From Desulfomonilia bacterium (GTDB lineage: Bacteria; Desulfobacterota; Desulfomonilia; UBA1062): 64,000 nucleotides of DNA. The position numbers and the translations under genes were made by a program. The stretch is from positions 64,001-128,000 of the forward strand of contig JBEKDT010000004.1 in assembly GCA_050014195.1 (NCBI GenBank), written 5' to 3'. Numbering within the stretch: position 1 is the first letter of the stretch; each line of letters starts with the position of its first letter. Positions 32,251 to 43,550 of this stretch are shown piece by piece. The notes under the pieces are model-generated. The model had not been told where the DNA came from. It worked only from the letters and a program-made list of their open reading frames with translations, and made no database searches.

Positions 32251-34374
32251 ATGAGCACGAGAACAAAATACCTCTCTATATTTAGCATCATATGGTTGAT
32301 TGCCCTATTCGCTGCCGCAACCGAACCACAGGCCTCCGAATCCCTCAACTCATCGAATTATATAATAGAAATTAAGCCGTTAAAAGAACACCAACGCGTT
32401 ACCACTGAGATCATCAGGGAACTCAAGAAAAACCACTACAAGAAAGTCGCTATTGACGATGCGCTCTCGAGCAAGGTCTTTGACCGATATCTAACGGATA
32501 TCGATTCTTCACACATATACTTCCTTGCAACCGACATAAAAGAATTCGAACCTTTTCGCTACCGGCTTGATGACGGCCTCTTGAAGGGAGATGTAGCCCC
32601 TGCCTTCACGATCTTCAACAGGTACGAAGAGAGGCTTGCGCAAAGGCTCGTTTTCATCATCAGCCGGGTGGATAGCGGTCTCAAGGACATAAGCCTGGAT
32701 AAGAATGAGAATTTCGAAACCAACAGGGAAAATGCCCAGTGGCCGGCTTCGCGCTCCGAGCTCGAAGGCCTGTGGCTCAAGGCACTCAAGAACGAAGTGA
32801 TCAACATGAAGCTCGAGGGAAAATCCTTGTCCGATATCTCAACGACCCTTTCGAAACGCTATTGGAGCCAGCTCAAGCGTCTTCGCCAGACCTCCAGCGA
32901 AGACATCTTCCAAATATTCATGAACTCACTGGCAACGAGTTATGACCCCCACACCTCGTACTTCTCCCCGAGATCTTCCGAGAATTTTAACATCAACATG
33001 AGCCTCTCTCTCGAAGGAATCGGCGCCATGCTCACCACGGAAAACGAAAACACCAAGGTAGTGCGGCTCGTTCCTGCAGGACCTGCCGATAAATCAAAAC
33101 AGCTCAAGCCGAATGATAAGATCGTTGGAGTGGGCCAGGGTCCGGAGGGAGAAATAATAGACGTGGTAGGGTGGCGACTCGATGACGTTGTAGACCTCAT
33201 CCGCGGCCCTAAAAACACCATCGTTCGTCTCAAGATCATCCCTGCCGATGCAAGTGACGACCATCAGACAAAGATCGTCAGGCTCATGCGGAGCACAGTC
33301 CAGTTGGAGGACCAGGCTGCCAGCAAAGATGTGCTCGATATCACCAGAGGAGGCCGCACCTATAAAATCGGTATCATCCATATCCCCACCTTCTACCTCG
33401 ACATCAGGGCCATGCAGTCCGACACCGAAGATTATAAAAGCACTACCCGGGATGTGAAGCGCCTCTTAAGTGAGCTTGATGCGCTTCATGTAAACGGTGT
33501 CGTCATCGACCTGAGAGATAATGGCGGAGGCTCACTGCATGAAGCAAACACCTTAACTGGTTTATTCATAAAACGCGGTCCTACCGTGCAGATCCGCTCA
33601 GCCGATGGTGTGACCGAAACCCTCTATGACCGTGATAACAAGATCACCTATGCAGGGCCCTTGGCTGTGCTCGTTAGCAGGTTGAGCGCATCCGCCTCCG
33701 AAATATTTGCCGGGGCAATCCAGGACTACGGCCGCGGGGTCATCATCGGTGATACTACCTTCGGTAAAGGAACAGTTCAGACACTGCTCAATCTCTCTCG
33801 AGGACAACTCAAGGTCACTACTGCCAAATTCTATCGCATCTCTGGAGAAAGCACTCAGCACCGCGGGGTAGTCCCGGACATATATTATCCAAGTCTTTAT
33901 GATAAGGACACTATCGGCGAAAGTTCACTCAAAAATGCACTGCAATGGGATGCCATCGGCGCAATACCCCACTATGTCTTCACAGACATCCCCCCTTACA
34001 AAGCACAACTCCGTTCCATGCACCAAGCACGCATTCAGCAAGATCCGGACTATCAATATCTTCTTGGCATGATCAATTATCTCAAAGAATCCCGGGACAA
34101 AAAGAAGGTTTCCTTGAAACTCTCCACGAGGCTCCAAGAAAAGAAAAAATCGGAAAAGTTAAGGCTTGCTCTGGAGAACAGGCTCAGAAAAGCTAAAGAC
34201 CTCAAGCCCATAATAAATCTTGATCAGCTGAACGAAGATAAGGATGAATCCCCAAAGGTAAAGCCTGCAAAAGATGATGCTGAGCTTGTTGAAAGCGGGA
34301 ATGTCATAGTGGATTATCTCACCATTAAAAACAAGTCGAATTCTCCGCAACAAGCCCAGACAGGGGTCCAATAG
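32251..34374 (+). CDS. prc: Tail-specific (S41) carboxy-terminal protease Prc
   Basis: [18 protein letters not shown] domain, [25 protein letters not shown]. Confidence 0.92.
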   Translation: MSTRTKYLSIFSIIWLIALFAAATEPQASESLNSSNYIIEIKPLKEHQRVTTEIIRELKKNHYKKVAIDDALSSKVFDRYLTDIDSSHIYFLATDIKEFEPFRYRLDDGLLKGDVAPAFTIFNRYEERLAQRLVFIISRVDSGLKDISLDKNENFETNRENAQWPASRSELEGLWLKALKNEVINMKLEGKSLSDISTTLSKRYWSQLKRLRQTSSEDIFQIFMNSLATSYDPHTSYFSPRSSENFNINMSLSLEGIGAMLTTENENTKVVRLVPAGPADKSKQLKPNDKIVGVGQGPEGEIIDVVGWRLDDVVDLIRGPKNTIVRLKIIPADASDDHQTKIVRLMRSTVQLEDQAASKDVLDITRGGRTYKIGIIHIPTFYLDIRAMQSDTEDYKSTTRDVKRLLSELDALHVNGVVIDLRDNGGGSLHEANTLTGLFIKRGPTVQIRSADGVTETLYDRDNKITYAGPLAVLVSRLSASASEIFAGAIQDYGRGVIIGDTTFGKGTVQTLLNLSRGQLKVTTAKFYRISGESTQHRGVVPDIYYPSLYDKDTIGESSLKNALQWDAIGAIPHYVFTDIPPYKAQLRSMHQARIQQDPDYQYLLGMINYLKESRDKKKVSLKLSTRLQEKKKSEKLRLALENRLRKAKDLKPIINLDQLNEDKDESPKVKPAKDDAELVESGNVIVDYLTIKNKSNSPQQAQTGVQ

Positions 34375-34400
34375 AAGATCGAGGGACAAGGAAGAACCCG

Positions 34401-35408
34401 ATGCAGATACTTGTTACAGGCGGGGCAGGATATATCGGAAGTCATACCTGTCTTGAACTCCTTCAGGCGGGGCATGGGGTCGTTGTAGTGGACAACCTCA
34501 TGAACTCCAAAGAGGAGTCTCTCAAGCGCGTGCAAGAGATCGCAGGGAGACCTCTGGTGTTTCATTGTGCAGACCTCCTCGATAAAAAGGCCTTGGAGGG
34601 CATCTTCGTTCACCACAAGATCGATGCCGTAATACATTTCGCAGGGCTTAAGGCAGTGGGTGAATCGGTCCGAATCCCCCTGATGTACTACCACAACAAC
34701 ATCACAGGGACCATCATCCTGTGTGAAGTCATGGCCGAGCATTCTGTAAAAAACATCGTGTTCAGCTCTTCCGCCACGGTCTATGGAAACCCTGCATCCG
34801 TTCCCATCCGGGAAGACTTCCCTCTCGGACCGACAAACCCCTACGGCCGGACCAAGTTGATGATTGAAGAAATCTTTAAGGACCTTTATACATCCGACCC
34901 ATCATGGAATATCGCACTTCTGCGCTATTTCAACCCCATAGGTGCACATAAAAGCGGTCGGATCGGTGAAGACCCCAACGGTCTTCCCAATAATCTCCTT
35001 CCAAACGTTGCACAGGTGGCAGTTGGCAGACTGCCTGAACTGAAGGTTTATGGGAATGATTATCCTACACCCGATGGAACGGGCGTTAGAGATTACATCC
35101 ACGTTGTGGATCTGGCACAAGGCCATCTGTATGCACTTCAAAGGCTTTTAACAGGGTGCGGGGTCATCACCTATAATCTCGGTACGGGCAGAGGATATAG
35201 CGTGATCGAGGTGGTGAACGCCTTTGAAAGGGCATGCGGTAGAAAGATCCGCCTCCAAATCATGGGAAGGAGAGATGGTGATATCGCAACCTGCTATGCA
35301 GACCCCTCCTCGGCAAATAGGGATCTCGGCTGGGCCGCCAAGCGTGGGATGGATGAGATGTGTGCCGACACGTGGAGATGGCAGTCACGAAATCCTCAAG
35401 GGTATTAA
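34401..35408 (+). CDS. galE: UDP-glucose 4-epimerase
   Basis: [36 protein letters not shown]. Confidence 0.96.
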   Translation: MQILVTGGAGYIGSHTCLELLQAGHGVVVVDNLMNSKEESLKRVQEIAGRPLVFHCADLLDKKALEGIFVHHKIDAVIHFAGLKAVGESVRIPLMYYHNNITGTIILCEVMAEHSVKNIVFSSSATVYGNPASVPIREDFPLGPTNPYGRTKLMIEEIFKDLYTSDPSWNIALLRYFNPIGAHKSGRIGEDPNGLPNNLLPNVAQVAVGRLPELKVYGNDYPTPDGTGVRDYIHVVDLAQGHLYALQRLLTGCGVITYNLGTGRGYSVIEVVNAFERACGRKIRLQIMGRRDGDIATCYADPSSANRDLGWAAKRGMDEMCADTWRWQSRNPQGY

Positions 35409-35454
35409 CGATCACTTGTTCATGCAAAGCCATGTATCTACCTGAGGCTTTCAC

Positions 35455-35805
35455 ATGGGTTTTCTGAAAAAGGCCATAAAAAGCGGCAAGGACATGGCAA
35501 TATCTTCTGCCGTCAAGGTTTTTGCTGAAAAGTATATATCCGGATTCGCGGTTATCAATACCATCGAGATCGATTCGTCCCAAAAATCCTTTACTGCCGA
35601 GGTGGTCCTGAAAGGTGAGAAAGACCCTATCTCCCTAAAGGTTGCAAAATACGAGATCATATCCGAAGGCGAGAGGCACCTCCTCATACCGCACAACGTC
35701 AGTGCATCCCGCCAATGGCTCGATATACTTGCAAAGGAATATCTCGAAGAACATGCATTTGAGATACCCGCCCCTATTGCAAGAGCCCTTAAGATAATGG
35801 TTTGA
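35455..35805 (+). CDS. Hypothetical protein
   Basis: 116-aa ORF between galE and metF, same strand. Confidence 0.6.
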   Translation: MGFLKKAIKSGKDMAISSAVKVFAEKYISGFAVINTIEIDSSQKSFTAEVVLKGEKDPISLKVAKYEIISEGERHLLIPHNVSASRQWLDILAKEYLEEHAFEIPAPIARALKIMV

Positions 35806-35877
35806 TCAGGTTCTTGCAATTTACCAAGAACTCTTATAATTCTGTGGTCCAGCCTACAAAAATGCTTGGGTATGTGA

Positions 35878-36792
35878 ATGATGCTTATTAAAGATATACT
35901 GAGTTCCACACCAACTACATTCAGTTTTGAATTTTTCCCTCCTAAGAGTGATGCCGGGTGGGAGCATCTCTTCCATACCATAGCAGACCTTATACCGCTT
36001 AAGCCTTCATGGGTCAGCGTTACATACGGAGCCGGAGGCTCAACCCGTGAGAACACCCACAACTTGGTTGTGCGCATCAAGAAAGAAACCGATCTCACTG
36101 TGGTTTCTCACCTTACTTGCATTGAGTCATCCAGGGAGAATCTCCTGGTAATCCTGAACCGCTATAATAAAAACGGTATTGAAAACATCCTGGCGCTCCG
36201 TGGTGACCCGCCTGAAGGCCTTTGTGGTTGGTCTGCCCCCTTAGAAGGATTTGTCCATGCCTCTGATCTCGTTACGTTCATAAAAAACCATTTTCCCCGC
36301 ATGAGCATCGGTGTCGCAGGATTCCCCGAAGGTCATCCCGAAACGCCTAATAGGCTCAAGGAGATTGACTATCTGAAGGCAAAGGTGGATGCCGGTGCAG
36401 ACTACATTATTACACAGCTCTTCTTCGACAATCATGACTTTTATGATTTCTGCGAGCGCTGTGAACTCGCGGGCATCAACATCCCTATAATTGCCGGCAT
36501 TATGCCTATCATCACAAAAAGCGGAATGATCCGTATGGCTGAACTTGCTGCAGGGGCTCGTTTTCCCGCCAGGCTTATGAGAGCTCTCAATCAAGTGGAA
36601 ACCACAGATGCAATTGAAAAGATCGGCATAGAATGGGCAACCAACCAGGTACGTGAACTTGTTGGAAACAAGGTAAGGGGCATTCATTTCTACACCCTCA
36701 ACAATGCCCGCGCGACCCTGGGGATCTATAAGGCTCTTGGGGTAACGGACTCCTCCCAGATGGGACCGCCGTTGAAGCTGCCATGTTTTTAA
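35878..36792 (+). CDS. metF: 5,10-methylenetetrahydrofolate reductase
   Basis: SFEFFPPK, SVTYGAGGS, HLTC, LALRGD, ITQLFFD, HFYTLN. Confidence 0.95.
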   Translation: MMLIKDILSSTPTTFSFEFFPPKSDAGWEHLFHTIADLIPLKPSWVSVTYGAGGSTRENTHNLVVRIKKETDLTVVSHLTCIESSRENLLVILNRYNKNGIENILALRGDPPEGLCGWSAPLEGFVHASDLVTFIKNHFPRMSIGVAGFPEGHPETPNRLKEIDYLKAKVDAGADYIITQLFFDNHDFYDFCERCELAGINIPIIAGIMPIITKSGMIRMAELAAGARFPARLMRALNQVETTDAIEKIGIEWATNQVRELVGNKVRGIHFYTLNNARATLGIYKALGVTDSSQMGPPLKLPCF

Positions 36793-36862
36793 AGCATGTT
36801 CACAAGGGAATATCACCCCTTGGGATAAACCCCCTAAACGAACATCGATACTTTAAAAGGGG

Positions 36863-37141
36863 TATTTCCATTTCTAAATCAAAGATGATATCGAGGAGGC
36901 AAGGAAGAGACGACGCAGGCGTACTCTAATAGTACGTCGAGGAGTCGATGACGATGACAACACAATTCGGCAGGATGGCCGAATTGGACGTCCCGAAGGG
37001 ACGCCTTTAGGCGAAAGCCATGGATGGCCTGAGTCAAATTTTCGCAGGATAGCGAAAATTGTCGCATCGCAGGTGCGCCCGAAGGGTGAAGGACATGGAT
37101 GTTCTGAAACAAAGATTACGCTTTGATTGAGAATTGGAATA
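36863..37141. repeat. ~280-bp MITE-like element with imperfect TIRs and nested hairpins
   Basis: tatttccatttctaaatcaaag...ctttgattgagaattggaata; internal hairpins aattcggc-aggatg-gccgaatt, gtccc-gaa-gggac, aattttcgc-aggata-gcgaaaatt. Confidence 0.7.
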
Positions 37142-37147
37142 AGCCTT

Positions 37148-37468
37148 ATGGAAGATGATCATACACCACATCAGCTTATCGTAGACGGCGAACTAGATCT
37201 TCATATGTTCAAACCGAAAGATGTGAAAGATCTTGTGCCCGACTACCTTGAGGAATGCCGAGAAAGGGGTATCCTGTTTGTCCGGATCATACACGGCAAA
37301 GGGACCGGGACCTTGAGAAGAACCGTGCATGCAATCCTTGAAAGGCTGCCCTGGATAACCTCATTTCGGCTTGCATCCGAGTTGGAAGGTGGATGGGGGG
37401 CCACCATTGCAGAGTTGATGCCCTTGGATAAGAAAGACCCTGGTAACAGGACTCATGACCCGTTATGA
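37148..37468 (+). CDS. Smr domain protein
   Basis: [23 protein letters not shown]. Confidence 0.9.
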   Translation: MEDDHTPHQLIVDGELDLHMFKPKDVKDLVPDYLEECRERGILFVRIIHGKGTGTLRRTVHAILERLPWITSFRLASELEGGWGATIAELMPLDKKDPGNRTHDPL

Positions 37469-37768
37469 ATAAGACGGATTAGCTGCTTAAGGTGTCAATT
37501 CAGGGAATGGCTTATCGGATCAACACACCTTGCCTCATACCTGTATACCATTCATTAGAGCCGATCCATAAAGGCCATGAGATTCTTACTTGAAAATATA
37601 TACGAAAACAGGTTAATAAGAACTATTAAGAGCAAACACCCTGTGGATAACGGGGTGAGTATGCATGGGTACTAAATAGGCTTTATATAAGAGCATTACA
37701 GTACAATGTTATGGCAACGCTTAACCCATAAGAGGGAATCCCAAATAAAATATCAAGAGGAGGGTACC

Positions 37769-38335
37769 ATGGTTCTGAAAAGAGTTAGTATCACATTACT
37801 TGCAGTTTTGTTTTTTGCTACATCTGCCTTCGCCCTGGAGATTATCGGAGTTAATATGCCCGAGACCATCAAGGCTGGCGGAAACGATCTGGTTCTTAAT
37901 GGCGCAGGTGTGAGATCAAAATTCTTCATCAAGGTCTATGTTGGTGGTCTTTACCTTAAACAGAAAAGCAGTGATGCCGAGAAGATCATGGATGCTGATG
38001 AACCAATGGCGATCAAAATGGCTATGACTTCAGGGCTTGTGACCGGTGATAAAATGGAAGCAGCTTTCAGAGAAGGGTTTGAAAACTCCACCAAAGGCAA
38101 TATCGCTCCAATCAAGGACAAGATCGAGGTTTTGATAAATGCCTTCAAGGCCAAAATGAACAAAGGCGACATCTATGATTTTGTCAATGTTCCGGGTAAG
38201 GGTGTTGAAGTCTACAAGAATGGGTCCTTATTATCGACGATTCAGGGACTTGATTTCAAAAAAGCCCTGTTCGGCATCTGGCTTTGCGACAAACCCGCTC
38301 AGGCAGATCTGAAAAACAAAATGCTCGGCAAGTAA
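37769..38335 (+). CDS. Secreted chalcone-isomerase-like protein
   Basis: Signal peptide; LVLNGAGVRSKFFIKVYVGGLYL; ALFGIWL; GAGGAGG SD. Confidence 0.88.
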   Translation: MVLKRVSITLLAVLFFATSAFALEIIGVNMPETIKAGGNDLVLNGAGVRSKFFIKVYVGGLYLKQKSSDAEKIMDADEPMAIKMAMTSGLVTGDKMEAAFREGFENSTKGNIAPIKDKIEVLINAFKAKMNKGDIYDFVNVPGKGVEVYKNGSLLSTIQGLDFKKALFGIWLCDKPAQADLKNKMLGK

Positions 38336-38442
38336 GACTTGCGGATGAACTCATGGGGCTCAGGGGGCAGCATCTTGCCCCTAGCCCCAAATGAGCTTAC
38401 CCTTACCTGCATATCCTGCAGCATATGTATATGTGAGACGCA

Positions 38443-39510
38443 ATGAAGCACGTCCTGCGCAGATGGCTCAAACAATACTTTTCCGATCCCCAGCTCATGA
38501 TCCTTATCTTTTTACTCCTGTGTGGATTCTTACTGATCTTCGTATTCGGCAAAATGCTCATGCCGGTGTTTACATCCATCGTTATTGCATTACTCCTTGA
38601 CAGCCTCATCGAGTGGCTGAAACGTTTCCATTTGCGTCGGGAAGCAGGGGTCTACCTAGTGTTCATGCTCTTTCTTGCCCTCTCTTTTGATCTGCTGATA
38701 ATTTTGCTTCCAATGATATCCCATCAGATAGGCCAACTTGTAGGAGATCTCCCATCCATAATAACCAAAGTTAAAGGTGAATTGATTTTGCTGCCTCAGA
38801 AATACCCGGGCATTATCTCCGAAGAAAGGATCAACCAGTTCATTGCACTGCTGGCCTCAGAGTTCAACGACTTTGGGAAGAACATCATACGGATATCCAT
38901 CTCTTCTGTCCGTGGGATCATCACCATCATTATCTACCTGATCCTCGTACCCTTTCTGGTGTTCTTTTTTCTTAAAGACAAGGCGATGATACTGGAGTGG
39001 TTCAGGAGACTTCTGCCGGAAGAGCGCGGCTTGGCCATTCAGGTATGGCAAGAGGTGTATGAACAATTTTTTAACTATCTCAGGGGAAAAATCCTTGAGA
39101 TCCTCATTGTGTGGGCCATTAATTATATAGCTTTCGCCCTGTTAGGATTGAAGTATTCTATCATCATATCTCTCTTTGTCGGTCTGGCCGTGCTTGTCCC
39201 CTATATAGGTGCCGCTGTCATGTTCATCCCGGTTATTCTGATCGCATTTTTCCAGTGGGGCTTAGGGGCGAATCTTATCTATATCATCATAGCATTTTTC
39301 TTCTTGCATGCACTTGACGGGAACATGATCGCCCCACTGTTACTCTCAAAGGTAGTGAAGATCCATCCTGTCGCAATCATTATCTCCATCCTCGTCTTCG
39401 GCAGGCTTTGGGGCTTTTGGGGGCTGGTCTTTGCCATTCCTCTGGCAACACTCCTGCATGCCGTTCTCAAGGCATGGATAGGTTCGTCCGTTTCCTCAGA
39501 AGAATTTTAA
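38443..39510 (+). CDS. AI-2E (PerM) family transporter
   Basis: Multi-TM; FFFLKD, YLRGK, VPYIGA, DGN...P, HPVAII. Confidence 0.9.
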   Translation: MKHVLRRWLKQYFSDPQLMILIFLLLCGFLLIFVFGKMLMPVFTSIVIALLLDSLIEWLKRFHLRREAGVYLVFMLFLALSFDLLIILLPMISHQIGQLVGDLPSIITKVKGELILLPQKYPGIISEERINQFIALLASEFNDFGKNIIRISISSVRGIITIIIYLILVPFLVFFFLKDKAMILEWFRRLLPEERGLAIQVWQEVYEQFFNYLRGKILEILIVWAINYIAFALLGLKYSIIISLFVGLAVLVPYIGAAVMFIPVILIAFFQWGLGANLIYIIIAFFFLHALDGNMIAPLLLSKVVKIHPVAIIISILVFGRLWGFWGLVFAIPLATLLHAVLKAWIGSSVSSEEF

Positions 39511-39643
39511 CAACGACTTTATCTCATTAAATTGTCTTTTTCATCCGATAGATAGATGGAGGTAAGGATAAAGTGCGTCTTGATAAGGTTTAATAGGAAA
39601 AACATGGTTAGCCTGAATATTATTAGGCAATTGAGATGAGGAT

Positions 39644-41092
39644 ATGACGAACAGCCTTGGCCTTCCAAAGGGAATCCATATACTCATTGCAGATGCAAGC
39701 GCCGTAGTACGCAGCTTCCTCTCCCGTGAGCTTGGTAAATCGGGCACCCTTATATCAGTTGCCGATGACGGCGAGCAGGCCTTTGATTGCGCATCATCAG
39801 GGGATATCGACCTTGTTATCGCCGATGTCGACCTGCCAAAGATCAGCGGAGTCGAGCTCTGCAAAAAGCTCAAGGCAAGCCAGAGCACACAGCAGATACC
39901 GGTAGTCATCCTTGACTCACTGAATACCGAGGATGGCATACAGAAAGTATATCAGGCAGGGGCCACCGCCTGTATTCCCAAAACCCAGTCAAAAGAAAGC
40001 CTGCTCGATGCCGTCGGGAATGTCATCCTTAAGGCGACTTTCCAAAGAGGGCGTTTAATCCTGGTTGTGGATGATTCTCTTACGGTACGTTCCCTGGTCA
40101 GCAGGAGTCTTAAAGGTGCCGGCTTTACCGTCATTCAGGCGGAAAACGGGAAAGTGGCCTTACGTCTCTTGGGGTATAAGAAACCCGATCTCATTTTAAG
40201 TGATATCGACATGCCCGAGATGAACGGCGAGGCCTTCTGCCAAGCCGTTCATGCCGATCCTGTACTCGCAACTATTCCATTTGTCGTCATGAGTGCCAAC
40301 AGCCAGCGGCCTATCATGAGGCGCATGCTCCAGCTCGGGGCGGATTCCTATCTTGTGAAGCCCTTCAATGTGGAACAACTCGTGATTACCGTTGAAAAAC
40401 TGCTATCTGACCAGCTCCTACTCCTCCATAAGGAAAAGGAGCGGCTTGAGATAGAACAAAGACTCATTCTGGCCAGCATCACAAGTCTTTGCAATGCCCT
40501 TGAAGCCAGGGATTCCTACACCAGGGGCCATTCAGAGGCAGTATCCGACATCGCTACCAAGATCGCCATGCAGATGGGCATCTCCCAGGAAGAGATCGAG
40601 CTCATCCGCCTTGGCGGCAAGCTGCATGACCTTGGCAAGATCGGAGTAGTGGACAGTGTGTTATTGAAGACCGGAAAGCTCACCGATGAAGAGTTTTCCA
40701 TCATCAAGCGGCATCCTGTCATAGGTGCGGAGATCTTAAGACCTGTCCCTTCGCTCGCGCCTATCATCCCAATAGTCCTGTATCACCATGAACGTCTCGA
40801 TGGAAAAGGATATCCTGAAGGACTCCATGGTGCATCGATACCTCTGTGGGCAAGGATTACCGCAGTGGGTGATACATACCATGCCCTCACAAGCGACCGG
40901 CCTTACCGCAAGGGCATGCCGAAGGAAAAAGCACTTGAGATCATCCAATCGGTAAGCGGCACCCAGCTCTGCCCCGACTGCGTGGAAGTCTTTATCAAGA
41001 TGGAGCTCTGGGACAAATCATCTTCATGGTCGGATGAAGAGAAACGACCCGTTGAAGAACCATCTCGAATTGTCCTCGTTACCGGCACTTGA
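39644..41092 (+). CDS. Response regulator with two REC domains and an HD-GYP phosphodiesterase
   Basis: Two REC domains; YTRGHS, LHDLGKIG, HHERLDGKGYP. Confidence 0.92.
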   Translation: MTNSLGLPKGIHILIADASAVVRSFLSRELGKSGTLISVADDGEQAFDCASSGDIDLVIADVDLPKISGVELCKKLKASQSTQQIPVVILDSLNTEDGIQKVYQAGATACIPKTQSKESLLDAVGNVILKATFQRGRLILVVDDSLTVRSLVSRSLKGAGFTVIQAENGKVALRLLGYKKPDLILSDIDMPEMNGEAFCQAVHADPVLATIPFVVMSANSQRPIMRRMLQLGADSYLVKPFNVEQLVITVEKLLSDQLLLLHKEKERLEIEQRLILASITSLCNALEARDSYTRGHSEAVSDIATKIAMQMGISQEEIELIRLGGKLHDLGKIGVVDSVLLKTGKLTDEEFSIIKRHPVIGAEILRPVPSLAPIIPIVLYHHERLDGKGYPEGLHGASIPLWARITAVGDTYHALTSDRPYRKGMPKEKALEIIQSVSGTQLCPDCVEVFIKMELWDKSSSWSDEEKRPVEEPSRIVLVTGT

Positions 41093-41246
41093 ATGGATAT
41101 TTGAAAGGGTACAAACAGGGTTTTATAAAGGATTTGTGTCAAGAAATACATTGCATTTACCGTATGTTTTGTTTATGTTTTCAACTAAAGAACCCCTGAA
41201 TCGGCTAATGGAGAGCAATTACAAGGCTTAAGTGGAGATGACGACC

Positions 41247-42578
41247 ATGAGAAGAAACATCGTACACGAAGGGGCTGAACAGCTCACCTATGAAATCCGG
41301 CAGATCGTTGCTTTTGCCGAAGACCTTCAGAGACTAGGCGTAGAGATCACCTGGGAGAACATCGGCGACCCTATTGCCAAAGGGGAAAAGCTCCCCCAAT
41401 GGATGAAGGATATCATAATCAAGCTGGCCTCCGAAGACAAGACCTATGGGTATGTCGCCACCCAGGGTGTGGCAGAGTCACGCCAGTTTCTTGCAGAAAT
41501 GGTGAACAGCCGTGGCGGCTACCAGGTCACCAAGGATGACATCATATTCTTCGACGGCATCGGTGATGCCATTGCCAAGATATTCGGCTATCTGAAGCGT
41601 GAGGCGCGTGTTATAGGCCCCTCTCCTGCTTATTCCACGCATTCCTCAGCCGAGGCGGCCCACTCGGGATATGAGCACCTCACCTATGAGCTCGATCCGA
41701 ACAACCGCTGGATGCCCGACCTTGCCGATCTGGAGAATAAGATCAAATACAACGACTCCATTGCCGGCATTCTCATCATCAACCCGGACAACCCTACAGG
41801 CGCAGTCTATCCTCGCGGGCTCCTCGGCAAAATGGTGGAGATCGCACGGCGCTATAAGGTGTTCATGGTCTGTGACGAGACCTACACCAGGCTCGTCTAC
41901 GGAGGCGCCAAGACAGCCCATCTAAGCGAGGTCATCGCGGATGTTCCTGGTATCGCGCTCAGGGGGATCTCAAAGGAATACCCCTGGCCTGGTGCCAGGT
42001 GCGGGTGGATCGAGGTCTTCAACCAGGATAAACTCCATTTCAAGCGGTACATAAAAAGTCTCATCAATGCCAAGATGCTGGAGGTCTGCTCCACGAGCCT
42101 GCCTCAGCATTCCATCCCGCTGGTCATGGGGGATGTGCGTTATGAGGAGCATCTGGCCTCAAGGAGGGCCATGTATGAAAAGAGGGCCCAGGAGGCCTGG
42201 GAAATCTTCTCGCAGATAGAAGGTATCCGGGTGAACAAACCCCAAGGCGCCTTCTACATGTCGGTGCTCTTCGAGGATGGTGTCCTGAACAACAGGCAGA
42301 CCCTGCCCATCTCCAACGCAAAGGCCCTTGAGTACATCGAGAACAAGGTCAAGGGCGTGGAGGTGGACAAACGTTTCGTCTACTACCTCTTGGGCTCCAC
42401 GGGCATTTGCGTGGTGCCTCTCACCGGTTTCTGCTGTAACAGGAAAGGGTTCAGGATTACCCTGCTTGAGATGAATGATGAAAAACGCCTGTGGACCTTT
42501 CAGGCTATAGCTGAAGGCATCAGGAATTATATCAATTCCACCAGCAGCACTGCCGCCTCCAGTCAGTCTGCAGTGTAG
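41247..42578 (+). CDS. PLP-dependent aminotransferase class I/II
   Basis: NIGDP, INPDNPTGAVY, DETY, GISKEYPWPGARCGW. Confidence 0.9.
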   Translation: MRRNIVHEGAEQLTYEIRQIVAFAEDLQRLGVEITWENIGDPIAKGEKLPQWMKDIIIKLASEDKTYGYVATQGVAESRQFLAEMVNSRGGYQVTKDDIIFFDGIGDAIAKIFGYLKREARVIGPSPAYSTHSSAEAAHSGYEHLTYELDPNNRWMPDLADLENKIKYNDSIAGILIINPDNPTGAVYPRGLLGKMVEIARRYKVFMVCDETYTRLVYGGAKTAHLSEVIADVPGIALRGISKEYPWPGARCGWIEVFNQDKLHFKRYIKSLINAKMLEVCSTSLPQHSIPLVMGDVRYEEHLASRRAMYEKRAQEAWEIFSQIEGIRVNKPQGAFYMSVLFEDGVLNNRQTLPISNAKALEYIENKVKGVEVDKRFVYYLLGSTGICVVPLTGFCCNRKGFRITLLEMNDEKRLWTFQAIAEGIRNYINSTSSTAASSQSAV

Positions 42579-42634
42579 CATGGACATGTCTTGAGGCAGG
42601 CAGATCTTAGTATATATAGCCTGCATTTGAAAAT

Positions 42635-43513
42635 ATGGGAGACGGTGTGATCGTCAGCAAGACGAATGTATCCTTCCTTTCCGGTCCCGATAAAATCGTT
42701 GGGGCCCTCTTCATCCCGAAAGCCGCCACACCCTTGCCTGCACTCATCATCTGCCATGGGGCACTGGACTTTAAGGAAAACTACCATGAGCTCTGCGAGT
42801 ACCTCGCCGGAAAAGGTATCGCTTCTTTGGCCATCGACATGCACGGTCACGGTGAAAGCGGCGGGAGCCGCTTTCATATCAATATCTCAGACTGGGTATC
42901 GGACATCAGGTGCGCCATTGACTATCTTGAGCAGAGACCGGAGATCAATGGCAAATCAATCGGCGTTTTCGGGCTCTCTTCAGGGGGAACGGCAGTGCTT
43001 GAAGCTGCCATGCTTGACAAGAGGATACGATGCATCATCACCTTGGACGCCACGGTGAGAAACACATTGACCCCTTCAGAGCATCTCGGCATAAAAATCT
43101 TGAATACCGCAGGCCGGATCAAACGTTTTATCACAAAAGAGGATTTGAGGCTTTCCATGGTAAAGCCCTTTGCAAACGTGCCGGCGGCATCCGACCCGGA
43201 GGTCAACCTCAGGTGGAGAGAAAATCCAAAAGTCTTAAAGATGTGGTCTAACGTACCGTTTCCAGGCTTCACCCCATCTCTCATCGTGGATACCATCAAG
43301 AGGGTGCACCTGATAACAGTTCCGACACTCGTCATCCATGGTGAGGACGACAAGGTGGATCCCCCCGAGACGGCACGACTCCTCTTTGCCGCCCTCGGCT
43401 GTGTCAAGCGCCTGTGCATCGTCCCGGGCAACGGCCATTTGGGACATATGGACAGGAATAAAGATGTCGTGATGGAGCAGACCTCTGACTGGGCGCACAC
43501 CCACTTAGATTGA
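42635..43513 (+). CDS. Alpha/beta hydrolase
   Basis: HG, GHGES, GLSSGG nucleophile elbow, HGEDD, GH. Confidence 0.88.
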   Translation: MGDGVIVSKTNVSFLSGPDKIVGALFIPKAATPLPALIICHGALDFKENYHELCEYLAGKGIASLAIDMHGHGESGGSRFHINISDWVSDIRCAIDYLEQRPEINGKSIGVFGLSSGGTAVLEAAMLDKRIRCIITLDATVRNTLTPSEHLGIKILNTAGRIKRFITKEDLRLSMVKPFANVPAASDPEVNLRWRENPKVLKMWSNVPFPGFTPSLIVDTIKRVHLITVPTLVIHGEDDKVDPPETARLLFAALGCVKRLCIVPGNGHLGHMDRNKDVVMEQTSDWAHTHLD

Positions 43514-43550
43514 GAAATCAGGGCCTCTGTGCTATCCTCATCGCAACCCA

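Noticed and set aside
37642-37650. Perfect DnaA box (TGTGGATAA)
   Set aside because: A single box with no cluster or origin-associated genes is not evidence for oriC.
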